Program-made: the position numbers and the translations under genes | Notes under the pieces: model-generated | Seen by the model: the letters and a program-made list of their open reading frames with translations, nothing else | Database searches by the model: none | What the model was told of the DNA's origin: nothing | Shown here: positions 55,554-63,653 of the stretch, piece after piece | How the letters are laid out: the number at the start of each line of letters is the position of its first letter | How positions within the stretch are numbered: position 1 is the first letter of the stretch | From: Acidobacteriota bacterium | GTDB lineage: Bacteria; Acidobacteriota; Blastocatellia; Pyrinomonadales; Pyrinomonadaceae | Assembly (NCBI GenBank): GCA_021323895.1 | Contig: JAJPKD010000147.1 | Span: 81-64,080, forward strand | Reading direction: 5' to 3' | Length of the DNA stretch: 64,000 bases

Positions 55554-56285
55554 ATTAAGTCCTAAATCGCGCATTACACCAAGTCTCACCAAACGCATTA
55601 AACCGATATTTAGCGGAATGGTTAGCCGTCAAAGTCAGCTAAATTCAGGTAGGTTCAAAACGCGATCACGGCATTTTCACGTCATCTGAGCAACGGAGTT
55701 TCATCCGTTGGGTAAAATATACGGCAGGTGGGCTCACGGACTTTGTTCGTTCAGAGGACTAAAACACTAGACCTCCGACCACGATCGACTCTTCGACAGA
55801 CTGCTACAAGTGCACTCATTTATAGTGGCCGACTTAATGTCGAGATTGTTGTGCTCGTCGGGCGCTAGCAGCGGTCGCTCAACTCAGCGTGACTCGCCAG
55901 TGAGTTTGGAGAATTAGGCGTAACGGCTTCTCTTGACGCCATGAACAAGAGGCACTGGAATCGACTTTATCAAGTCATGCCCACGCAACCGACCACGACC
56001 TCCGCGTTGGCGAATCAGATAACCGGAAAAACGCTAAGTATTCGCCTTTTCGAAAGTTGCAGCCACCGGAGAAAATCAAGGATTTTTACATTTTTCCCCT
56101 TCCATACCATCGCGTACACGTTGCGTCCTGGTTTTATTGGTCACGTATTGGTCACTTGGACATTAGAGTCTTGCTGACGTCACAAGCCTTCTTCACAGCC
56201 GACCAAACCAGAACTGGCATTTTGGGGAGACGAGATTTACTCAATAAAATTTCTGTCGGCGATCGAATCCGGCGGCTCAAACCCC

Positions 56286-57761
56286 TCAGTGAATCACTTC
56301 GGCGGCTTCCCTGATCCGGCGTAGCATTCCACTGAATACCAACTGATGCAGCGGCCACAGCGCATACCAATAGAGCCGCCCAAGTAACCCTACCGGATCA
56401 AAGACTGCTGTTTGCCGAATCGTCGAAGAGTAAGCATCGCCGCTGACTTCGAATTCAAGCAAAGCGCGACCGGGTAGTTTCATTTCGGCCACCAGCCTGA
56501 GCAGCCGGTCAGGCTCGAATTTCTCGACGCGCCAAAAATCGATCGTGTCGCCAACGCGCAAAGTATCGCGAGCCGGACGTCCGCGTCTGACGCCGACTCC
56601 CCCACACAGCAGATCGAGAAAACCGCGCACGCGCCAGAGCCCGTTCCAGGCATACCAACCGCTGTCACCGCCGATGCGCTGAATAGGTCGGAAAGCGGCC
56701 GCAGGCGACCGCTTCACGAGTGCTGTCCGTGAGTCCACCAGACGCGTTCCAAATTGTTCGCCACCCCAGGCACGAGTTTCACCCGACGATGAGAGAGCAT
56801 CCGACCAGCGCGTCGCGGCAAATTGCTTGTCCTCATTAACCAGCGCTTTGCTGACCGCCTCATCTATTCCCATGGGCCGAATGTCGAACATTTCAAGCGC
56901 AGAGTTGTCATGCACGACAGTCGAATGAACAATGCTCTCAATTAGTTTTCGGCCAATGCGCGCGTACAAAGGCGTGACCAGTCCCAGCCACAAGCTTGAT
57001 AGAAACGGCGTGAGCACCGGCACCCGAATCATTCGGATGCGCATGCCGCGGTGGCGCGCATAGGCGCGCATGATTTCGGCATATGAAACTTGATCGGCAC
57101 CGCCAATCTCATAGATACGGTAAGCGGAAACCGGCAGGCGCATCGCCGTCACTAAGTAGTTGATCAAGTCGTCGATGGCAATCGGCTGCGCCGGCATGGA
57201 AACCCATTTTGGCGTGATCATAATCGGCAGGCGTTCAACCAGGGAACGAATCATCTCGAACGAAAGACTGCCGGAACCGATGACGATCGACGCGCGAAAT
57301 TCGAGCGTGGGCACGCCGGATTCGCGCAGAATTTTTCCCACCTCCTGGCGGCTGCGCAAGTGCGCGGACAGTGTCTCTTGATCATTTCCCAGTCCGCCGA
57401 GATAGATGATGCGCTCAGCACCGGCGGCTTTTGCGGCTGCTGCAAAGTTCCGCGCCGCGATTCGATCATTCTCTTCGAACGATCCGCTCGAGCCCATTGA
57501 GTGGACCAGATAATATGCGACCGTGACTCCGCGCATGGCCTCTTCGAGGCTGTCGCGATCCAGCACGTCGCCAGTGACGATCTCTGTCCCCGCGCCTACC
57601 TTCGGCTTAAGAAATTCCGGCCGCCGCGCCAGGCAGCGAACGGTGAGTTGCCGTTGCTCGAGCGCCTGCAACAAGCGGCCCCCAACATAACCAGTAGCTC
57701 CGGTGAGCAGGATCAATCCGGCATCGGTTGTATCTTTCGGCAGTAACTTCTCGTCAGTCAT
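56286..57761 (-). CDS. SDR-family NAD(P)H-binding protein fused to DUF2867
   Basis: 491 aa. LLTGATGYVGGRLL is the Rossmann motif. The C-terminal 150 aa or so (…WRVEKFEPDRLLRLVAEMKLPGRALLEFEV…) match DUF2867. Confidence 0.75.
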   Translation of the reverse strand: MTDEKLLPKDTTDAGLILLTGATGYVGGRLLQALEQRQLTVRCLARRPEFLKPKVGAGTEIVTGDVLDRDSLEEAMRGVTVAYYLVHSMGSSGSFEENDRIAARNFAAAAKAAGAERIIYLGGLGNDQETLSAHLRSRQEVGKILRESGVPTLEFRASIVIGSGSLSFEMIRSLVERLPIMITPKWVSMPAQPIAIDDLINYLVTAMRLPVSAYRIYEIGGADQVSYAEIMRAYARHRGMRIRMIRVPVLTPFLSSLWLGLVTPLYARIGRKLIESIVHSTVVHDNSALEMFDIRPMGIDEAVSKALVNEDKQFAATRWSDALSSSGETRAWGGEQFGTRLVDSRTALVKRSPAAAFRPIQRIGGDSGWYAWNGLWRVRGFLDLLCGGVGVRRGRPARDTLRVGDTIDFWRVEKFEPDRLLRLVAEMKLPGRALLEFEVSGDAYSSTIRQTAVFDPVGLLGRLYWYALWPLHQLVFSGMLRRIREAAEVIH

Positions 57762-58268
57762 TCAAATCTTTCGTGAATCGTAAGCCCAATGCAGTAAGGC
57801 CTGCCGTTGCCGACGTCGGCAATCGAGCGCGCGCGGCGGACAATTTTTCCTGAGCTGTGCGATATGGCGGCGCACCGCGCGCCACCGTTTGATTTGCCGC
57901 TCGTCGTCAACGCATCTGCGTCCCAGGTAGTAACGGCAGTACCATTGGAACCAGCCGCGCGGATCTTCGTGATAGATCCAACCTTTTTTCTTCCAAACTG
58001 ATAGCGGTTGCGACGCGTTTACTTTGAAGAAGTTCAGCTCGGGATCGTGACGATCGGGATTGAGCTTTGCGTGCTTGAACCAAGACGCCGGAAACTCCTT
58101 TTGGCAATCAGTCATGTACTTGCCACCGAAAACGCCCAGCTCGAGCATTTCTTTGGGCGTCAGTTCAGGCTTGAAATCGGAATGAAAGTTTCTGCCGGCT
58201 GGTTCAGTGCAGTAGTAGACATAACCCGCCTGCATCAGATCGTTAACTGCAACGCGCCGCTTTCGCAT
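57762..58268 (-). CDS. conserved hypothetical protein (Trp/Cys/Arg-rich, 168 aa)
   Basis: The ORF is tightly packed, with a 0-nt gap to the SDR gene and a 4-nt gap to the lipocalin gene. I cannot name a family with confidence. Confidence 0.5.
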   Translation of the reverse strand: MRKRRVAVNDLMQAGYVYYCTEPAGRNFHSDFKPELTPKEMLELGVFGGKYMTDCQKEFPASWFKHAKLNPDRHDPELNFFKVNASQPLSVWKKKGWIYHEDPRGWFQWYCRYYLGRRCVDDERQIKRWRAVRRHIAQLRKNCPPRALDCRRRQRQALLHWAYDSRKI

Positions 58269-58272
58269 GCGA

Positions 58273-58818
58273 TTATCTTTGCGCCGACACGGCGGGGTGT
58301 GCGGTCCTGATCATCCGCGACGTATCAAACCCGCGTGTCTGCATCTTCGCGAGCAATTGCTGGTAAAGCGCTTCGTCGATTTTCGGCGTGCGGCTTAGGA
58401 TCCACAGGTAGTCTCGACCCGGTTCGCCGACCACGGCGTACTCATAGTTCGGACCAAGATCCAGAATCCAGTACTTGCCGTAAAACGGCCAGAAGAAAGT
58501 CACTTTCAATTTGGCGTTGGTTTTCTTATCGACGATCTTCGCTTTTCCGGTGGCAGTGGTGAACTCGCCTGAAGGTTTGCGGCAGCGATTTACCACTTGG
58601 ATGCTCCCGTCCGAGCGCAGCGTGTAGTTCGCTGTGACTGAGTCGGCGCATTTCTTTTGGAAGCGATTCGGCAGTCGCGCAATCTCGTACCACTGACCAA
58701 CATAGCGTGAAAGATCCACCGACGGAACAACTTCCAGCTCATCCTTTGGGTTGCCGGCAGCGGCCCCGGCTAACAATGTGGCAGCGATCATGGTTGTCAC
58801 TATAAGATTCGTAATCAT
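58273..58818 (-). CDS. blc: bacterial lipocalin (Blc-like)
   Basis: 181 aa. It has a signal or anchor sequence. YVGQWYEIARLPNRFQKKC and ...YWILDLGPNYEYAVVGEP.RDYLWILSR are the Blc signature. Confidence 0.85.
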   Translation of the reverse strand: MITNLIVTTMIAATLLAGAAAGNPKDELEVVPSVDLSRYVGQWYEIARLPNRFQKKCADSVTANYTLRSDGSIQVVNRCRKPSGEFTTATGKAKIVDKKTNAKLKVTFFWPFYGKYWILDLGPNYEYAVVGEPGRDYLWILSRTPKIDEALYQQLLAKMQTRGFDTSRMIRTAHPAVSAQR

Positions 58819-58937
58819 TTGTGTCTAAGTTCCTCAATGCAAGGTTCATGGTTGAGTGAAAAACTGAGAGAAGGGCCCCGCGGCTTGCTTGCCACATTTT
58901 TTTGCCCTTCTCTCGAAGTGCCCCGCGCCGTTCATCG

Positions 58938-59372
58938 CTAGGCCGTTGCGGCAGTTGCGGGCATCAACACGGTATCGATAACGTGAATCATGCCGTTGGT
59001 TGCCTCCACGTCCGGGGCGATCACCTTTGCATCGTTAATCTTCACCCCGTCCTGCTTGCTAATCTTCACCGTCTGACCCTGAAGCGTCGTAGCCGAATTC
59101 AGATTAGCCACCTCGTGCGAAGTCACTCTTCCCGGCACGACGTGGTAAGTCAGAATCGCCGTCAGTTTTTGCTTGTTTTCGGGCTGAAGCAGTTCGCTCA
59201 ATGCCTGCGGCGGAATCTTTGCAAACGCATCGTCGGTTGGCGCGAAGACCGTAAAAGGACCTTCACCCTTCAGAGCTCCGATCAAACCAGCAGCTCCCAG
59301 CGCCGCGGCCAGTGTCGAAAAATTTCCCGCCGCTAACGCGGTGTCAACTATGTCGAATTGTTTTTCCATCAT
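58938..59372 (-). CDS. fasciclin (FAS1) domain protein without obvious signal peptide
   Basis: 144 aa. [37 protein letters not shown]...NGMIHVIDTVLMP. Confidence 0.8.
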   Translation of the reverse strand: MMEKQFDIVDTALAAGNFSTLAAALGAAGLIGALKGEGPFTVFAPTDDAFAKIPPQALSELLQPENKQKLTAILTYHVVPGRVTSHEVANLNSATTLQGQTVKISKQDGVKINDAKVIAPDVEATNGMIHVIDTVLMPATAATA

Positions 59373-59431
59373 TTCTCCTTTTTGTTTGTTGGTTGATTGT
59401 TGAAGTTACGCTGAAACGACTCTCAGATCGT

Positions 59432-59965
59432 TTACATCTTCGGCATTAGTACCGTATCGACCACGTGAATCACGCCATTAGAAGCCTTCACATCAGTCGT
59501 TATTACCTTTGCGTCATTGACCTTAACGCCGTGCTTCGTGCGTACCTTGATGGTGCTGCCCTGCAGCGTCTTCACTGAGCGTCCGTTAAGTTTGACAACT
59601 TTGCTGGCCGGTACATTTCCCGACACCACGTGATAGAGCAGAATCGACTTCAGCTTCTCTTTGTTCTCTGGTCTAAGCAGAGACTCGACCGTGCCCGCCG
59701 GAAGTTTGGCGAAGGCTTCATCAGTTGGCGCGAATACCGTGAACGGGCCCGTGCCTTTCAGCGCGTCAATCAGTCCGGCTGCTTCGAGGGCGGCCGCCAG
59801 TGTCTTGAACTGTCCGGCGTCGACGGCTGTATCCACTATGTCCGCCGGCTTGAGCGGATCGTTTACGGCCGCACGCGACAAAGAAGTAGCGCCTGCGATT
59901 GCCAGGACGGCAAACAAAACGCCGCCCGCAAAGAGTTTCTTTCCTGTCCAATTACTTAGCTTCAT
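59432..59965 (-). CDS. fasciclin (FAS1) domain protein, secreted
   Basis: 177 aa. It has a signal peptide. [37 protein letters not shown]...[13 protein letters not shown]. Confidence 0.8.
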   Translation of the reverse strand: MKLSNWTGKKLFAGGVLFAVLAIAGATSLSRAAVNDPLKPADIVDTAVDAGQFKTLAAALEAAGLIDALKGTGPFTVFAPTDEAFAKLPAGTVESLLRPENKEKLKSILLYHVVSGNVPASKVVKLNGRSVKTLQGSTIKVRTKHGVKVNDAKVITTDVKASNGVIHVVDTVLMPKM

Positions 59966-60200
59966 GGTAAAAACTTTCCTTTCTGGTTAAGGCCTCACGA
60001 AGAGGCTGTGGTTTCGTAACTTCCGCCTTACCGGCACTCGGAAACCGCTCGTCGCCTAAAAGGCTGTTAACTCGCGTGAGCGGTTTAAGCGTTTTGGACT
60101 ATACGCATCCGGGTTCTGCATGTCAAGTCTCCTGCGTGGTGTTGTGTTGTATTGCGCGCTTTGTGCGTTTTCGTGTATAGTGTGTTTGAGGCCGCGAACT

Positions 60201-61064
60201 GTGTCTTCTGCTAACTTAACCACCAAAGAGGTCGCCCGCTTGCTGCAGGTCAGCGAGGCCACGGTCAAGCGTTGGGCCGACGATGGCTTGCTGCATTCGA
60301 GTAAAACTGCCGGCGGACATCGCCGCTTCAGCACTCACAGCATTGCGACCCTTCGTCGTGAAAAGGGCATCGGACCCGCGCCGGGCGTGCCTCGCCCGCA
60401 AAAGAGAAATCGCGTCGCTACGGTGAGTTCACCTGTGCGGCTTACAGAGCTACTGCTGGCTGGTGACGAGAAGGAAGCCGCGGCGTTCCTGATTCATGCC
60501 TACATGGAAGGTCATTCGCTCGCGGAGCTGTTTGATAAGACGATCACGGAAGCCATGCACGAGGTCGGCGAGCTATGGTTTCGGGGAGCGATCACGGTTG
60601 CTGACGAGCACTTGGCGACTCGAGCCGTATTTAGCGCATTGCAAAAACTGCGGAGCATAGCTGTGCCTGCCGAGCCGACCGGAATGAAAGCTATTTGTTG
60701 TGGGATCGAAGGCGACCTGCACGAGCTGCCGGTTCACCTGGCGGAAATGATTCTTGAAGCTGAAGGCTGGGACGCGCGCAACCTCGGACCCAACACTCCG
60801 CTGTTTTCCTTGCGCGAGATGGTCGCACGGCAACGCCCACAACTTATTTGCATCTCTGCCCGGAGCATTGCCGACTTGGATCGAGCCACGTCTGAGTATG
60901 CGCAACTCCGCAAGGTCACGGCTAAACTTTCCGCTTCGGTAGTGATTGGAGGCGAGGGCTTTCGGGATCCGACGATTCGGCAACGCTTCCCTTCCGACTT
61001 CTACGCCGAAGACTTCGCCGGTCTGTCAAAGTTTGTGAGAGCGTTAGCGAAGCGCCACGCCTGA
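60201..61064 (+). CDS. MerR/excisionase-type HTH fused to a cobalamin (B12)-binding domain (LitR/CarH-like regulator)
   Basis: The HTH is LTTKEVARLLQVSEATVKRWADDGLL. The C-terminal Rossmann-type B12 domain has D-x-H-x-x-P (GDLHELP), ...ICISARS... and ...VIGGEG. I preferred GTG 60201 because the HTH then lies at the N-terminus. The track start at 60120 adds a Cys-rich hydrophobic 27 aa and overlaps a TTGCGC-N18-TATAGT promoter-like pair. Confidence 0.65.
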   Translation: MSSANLTTKEVARLLQVSEATVKRWADDGLLHSSKTAGGHRRFSTHSIATLRREKGIGPAPGVPRPQKRNRVATVSSPVRLTELLLAGDEKEAAAFLIHAYMEGHSLAELFDKTITEAMHEVGELWFRGAITVADEHLATRAVFSALQKLRSIAVPAEPTGMKAICCGIEGDLHELPVHLAEMILEAEGWDARNLGPNTPLFSLREMVARQRPQLICISARSIADLDRATSEYAQLRKVTAKLSASVVIGGEGFRDPTIRQRFPSDFYAEDFAGLSKFVRALAKRHA

Positions 61065-61490
61065 CTGTTCAGAGCCATCTGTTTGGATTGCGCTCAAGTC
61101 AGCGCCTCTGGCTGCAGACGACGCACTCTCATCATGGTCACTGATACAGAATTGGTTTCTCCCAAGATTCTTGGCAGCGTAAAGAGCCTTGTCCGCAGCC
61201 TCGACCAAGCTATCTTCCTTACAGCCTTTTTGGGGATGCATCGAGGCTAAACCCAAGCTCGCGGTCACGGAAGAATGCTTGAAGCTGGAATTTTGGATCG
61301 CCTTCAGCAACCGCAAGCCGAGGTTTCTCGCTGCTTCGCCTGCGGTGTGGCCAAGGAGTGGGAATCATTGACCAAAGCGGGACAGGTTTCTGAACTTTAT
61401 CTTCAAGACTTACCTTCGAGCCAAAGCCTCGATTACGCGATGTGACTTTCTTAGCCGCTTGATCGGACCTCTCCGTGACAAACCACGCGT
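61044..61490 (-). pseudogene. decayed GGDEF (diguanylate cyclase) domain gene
   Basis: The intact tail is …SVTASLGLASM…SLVEAADKALYAAKNLGRNQ (GGDEF C-terminus). Hand translation upstream in the same frame reads …IEALARR*VLKIKFRNLSRFGQ*FPLLGHTAGEAA…. The RxGG(D/E)EF position is replaced by RFGQ-stop-F, and a second stop lies upstream. The upstream limit is approximate. Confidence 0.6.
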
Positions 61491-61813
61491 CTGACGGGTA
61501 GCACAGTTTGGTGCGCTACCAGTGCACGCACGCTCGGTTCTTACAAATTACCCCTCAACAGCCTTAACTTAAATTGACGTGGCCTATTGGCAGTTACGCG
61601 GCCTTGGTTCGTCATCCCTTGACACAACTAACTCGCGCCGCCTCGGTTAGTCGGGCCTAATTCCGTGAGACCAGCCAAAGATGACGTGGTCGCAGAATTG
61701 CGACAGTCTGATTTTGGCCAACAAATTTGGGCCTATTAATGTGCCCAACGGAGTCTGAGTCCGTTGAGTGATCCAGGTCTGATTTCTGATTGCCTGTAAG
61801 TTATTGAATTCAC

Positions 61814-61899
61814 TGGTGCCGAGGGAGGGATTCGAACCCTCACGGGATTACTCCCAACGGATTTTAAGTCCGTAGCGTCTGCCATTTCGCCACCCCGGC
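61814..61899 (-). tRNA. tRNA-Leu (anticodon UAA), type II with long variable arm, CCA encoded
   Basis: The reverse complement is GCCGGGGTGGCGAAATGGCAGACGCTACGGACTTAAAATCCGTTGGGAGTAATCCCGTGAGGGTTCGAATCCCTCCCTCGGCACCA. It has a 7-bp acceptor stem, the anticodon stem ACGGA/TCCGT with loop CTTAAAA, the variable-arm hairpin GGGA-GTAA-TCCC, and the T-arm GAGGG-TTCGAAT-CCCTC. Confidence 0.92.
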
Positions 61900-62094
61900 G
61901 TATTGTGCAGAAGATAACACACCGCGGCTTACGAGTCAGACGCCGCCGCTGAAGTAAAGGTCGCCTCGTGGAAACTCCGTTCGAAATGATCCGCACGCTG
62001 CATTGACTGCCGCGTTCAGGCTCGGGCTTCTGACACTTCGCCCGAGATGTTAGAATGCAACCGGATTGCGAGCCAGACCGTCTCATAACCATCG

Positions 62095-62589
62095 ATGACC
62101 GAAGAGCAGGAAGTCTTTCATCAACACATTCAAAAGCAGGGTCTCAAGCGCACGGCGCAGCGCGATCTGATTCTCGACGTCTTTCTAAGCACCGAAGGAC
62201 ATCTTTCCGGCGAAGATCTCTATCAGCTCGTGCGCGAAAAAGATCCGAGTGTTGGTCAAACGACGGTGTACCGAACGCTGCGTCTGTTAACCGAAGCCGG
62301 GCTCGCGCGCGAGGTGAGGTTCGGCGACGGCCGCGCGCACTACGAACATAGTTACAAGCACGAGCACCACGATCACATGATCTGTTCCGAGTGCGGCAAG
62401 ATCATCGAATTCTACTCGCCGGAATTGGAAGCGATTCAAGATGCGATGGCCGCCAAATATAAGTTTCAATTGACTGAACATCTACTGCGCATGATAGGCG
62501 TCTGCGCGGATTGCCGGCGTCAGAAAACACACGCGAGTGAATCGCAAAAGCAGACCAAAACAGTCGCCGCACGTGCTTCCAGGCGATGA
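62095..62589 (+). CDS. Fur family transcriptional regulator
   Basis: 164 aa. [14 protein letters not shown]...HLSGEDLY...[16 protein letters not shown], then [16 protein letters not shown] and a C-terminal CADC, are Fur-type metal sites. The subtype (Fur, Zur or PerR) cannot be resolved. Confidence 0.85.
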   Translation: MTEEQEVFHQHIQKQGLKRTAQRDLILDVFLSTEGHLSGEDLYQLVREKDPSVGQTTVYRTLRLLTEAGLAREVRFGDGRAHYEHSYKHEHHDHMICSECGKIIEFYSPELEAIQDAMAAKYKFQLTEHLLRMIGVCADCRRQKTHASESQKQTKTVAARASRR

Positions 62590-62608
62590 CCGTCGCCAGA
62601 CTATTCGA

Positions 62609-63628
62609 ATGAAATCGAGGACTAGACTACTGAAGCTCACATCACATTCGTTGGCGTTTCTCTTGTTGTTAGTTCTCTTTGGATGTCCGGGGAATGGCAA
62701 CAAGACTGAAGTAAACTCGGCCACGCCTGAACCCGCGAAAACCCGGAAGACGGATTTCGATGGCGACAAAGCGTTTGAGTACGTGCGCAAACAAGTCGAA
62801 TTCGGAGTGCGTCCTCCCGGCTCGCCAGAACTGGAGAAGACGCGCGCTTACATCATCGATCAATTGCGATCGTTTGGATTGAATGTGACGACGGACGAAT
62901 TTCAAGCGACGACGCCAATGGGTCAAAAAAAGATGGCGAACATCGTCGCTGAATTGCCCGGCTCATCGAACGATATCGTCATCATCTGTAGTCACTACGA
63001 CACGAAGTATGTCAAGGATTTCAAATTTGTAGGCGCGAACGATGCGGGTTCTTCGACGGGTGCGGTGATGGAAATCGCGCGCGTGCTGGCGATGAAGAAG
63101 CTTTCGTTGAAGATGACCTATCGGTTCGTGTTCTTCGATGGTGAAGAGGCTTTCTGCTTCGATTGGGACCAATGCCACAACCCGAATCCGGCCGATCCGT
63201 CGAAACCGCTTCCGGATAATACATACGGTAGCCGGCACTATGTCTCACAGCTCGTAGCCAAGAACGAGTTAAGCCGGGTGAAGGCGCTGATCCTGCTCGA
63301 TATGATCGGGTATAAGGAACTGAAGTTGGGTCGCGCTGATCTCGGCAGCGCTTGGCTACAGGACATTATCTGGCAGACAGGGAAGGAAATTGGATACGGC
63401 TCGCAATTCATCAATGCGACTGAAGGCGTCGGCGATGACGATCACAGTCCGTTTCTGAAAGCGGGTGTGGATGCGGTCGATCTGATTCAACTCAGTTCAT
63501 ATCAATACTGGCATACCAAAGACGACACCCTCGACAAAGTCTCCGCGAAGAGTTTGCAGATCGTCGGCGACACCGTGATCGCGAGTTTGCCGAGAATTGA
63601 AGAGCGGATTCGAAGCCGGGCACGTTAA
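62609..63628 (+). CDS. M28 family metallopeptidase (glutaminyl-cyclase-like) lipoprotein
   Basis: I chose the ATG at 62609, which gives MKSRTRLLKLTSHSLAFLLLLVLFGCPG (lipobox). The body has ...IVIICSHYDT...GANDAGSSTGAVMEIAR...FVFFDGEE...LLDMIG...DDHSPF (M28 Zn ligands). Confidence 0.75.
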   Translation: MKSRTRLLKLTSHSLAFLLLLVLFGCPGNGNKTEVNSATPEPAKTRKTDFDGDKAFEYVRKQVEFGVRPPGSPELEKTRAYIIDQLRSFGLNVTTDEFQATTPMGQKKMANIVAELPGSSNDIVIICSHYDTKYVKDFKFVGANDAGSSTGAVMEIARVLAMKKLSLKMTYRFVFFDGEEAFCFDWDQCHNPNPADPSKPLPDNTYGSRHYVSQLVAKNELSRVKALILLDMIGYKELKLGRADLGSAWLQDIIWQTGKEIGYGSQFINATEGVGDDDHSPFLKAGVDAVDLIQLSSYQYWHTKDDTLDKVSAKSLQIVGDTVIASLPRIEERIRSRAR

Positions 63629-63653
63629 AACGAACTTCGTTTGCGGCAACCGC

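Noticed and set aside
55554-61813. I looked for an integrase, excisionase or transposase to support the island interpretation.
   Set aside because: No ORF in the segment, or anywhere in the window, shows tyrosine or serine recombinase or DDE motifs on reading. The island call therefore rests only on the tRNA direct repeat and on gene decay, and I kept it as a hypothesis.
61736-62092. A 118-aa minus-strand ORF.
   Set aside because: It runs straight through the tRNA-Leu gene (61814-61899) and the Fur promoter region. Its composition is Arg/Ser-rich, so it is spurious.
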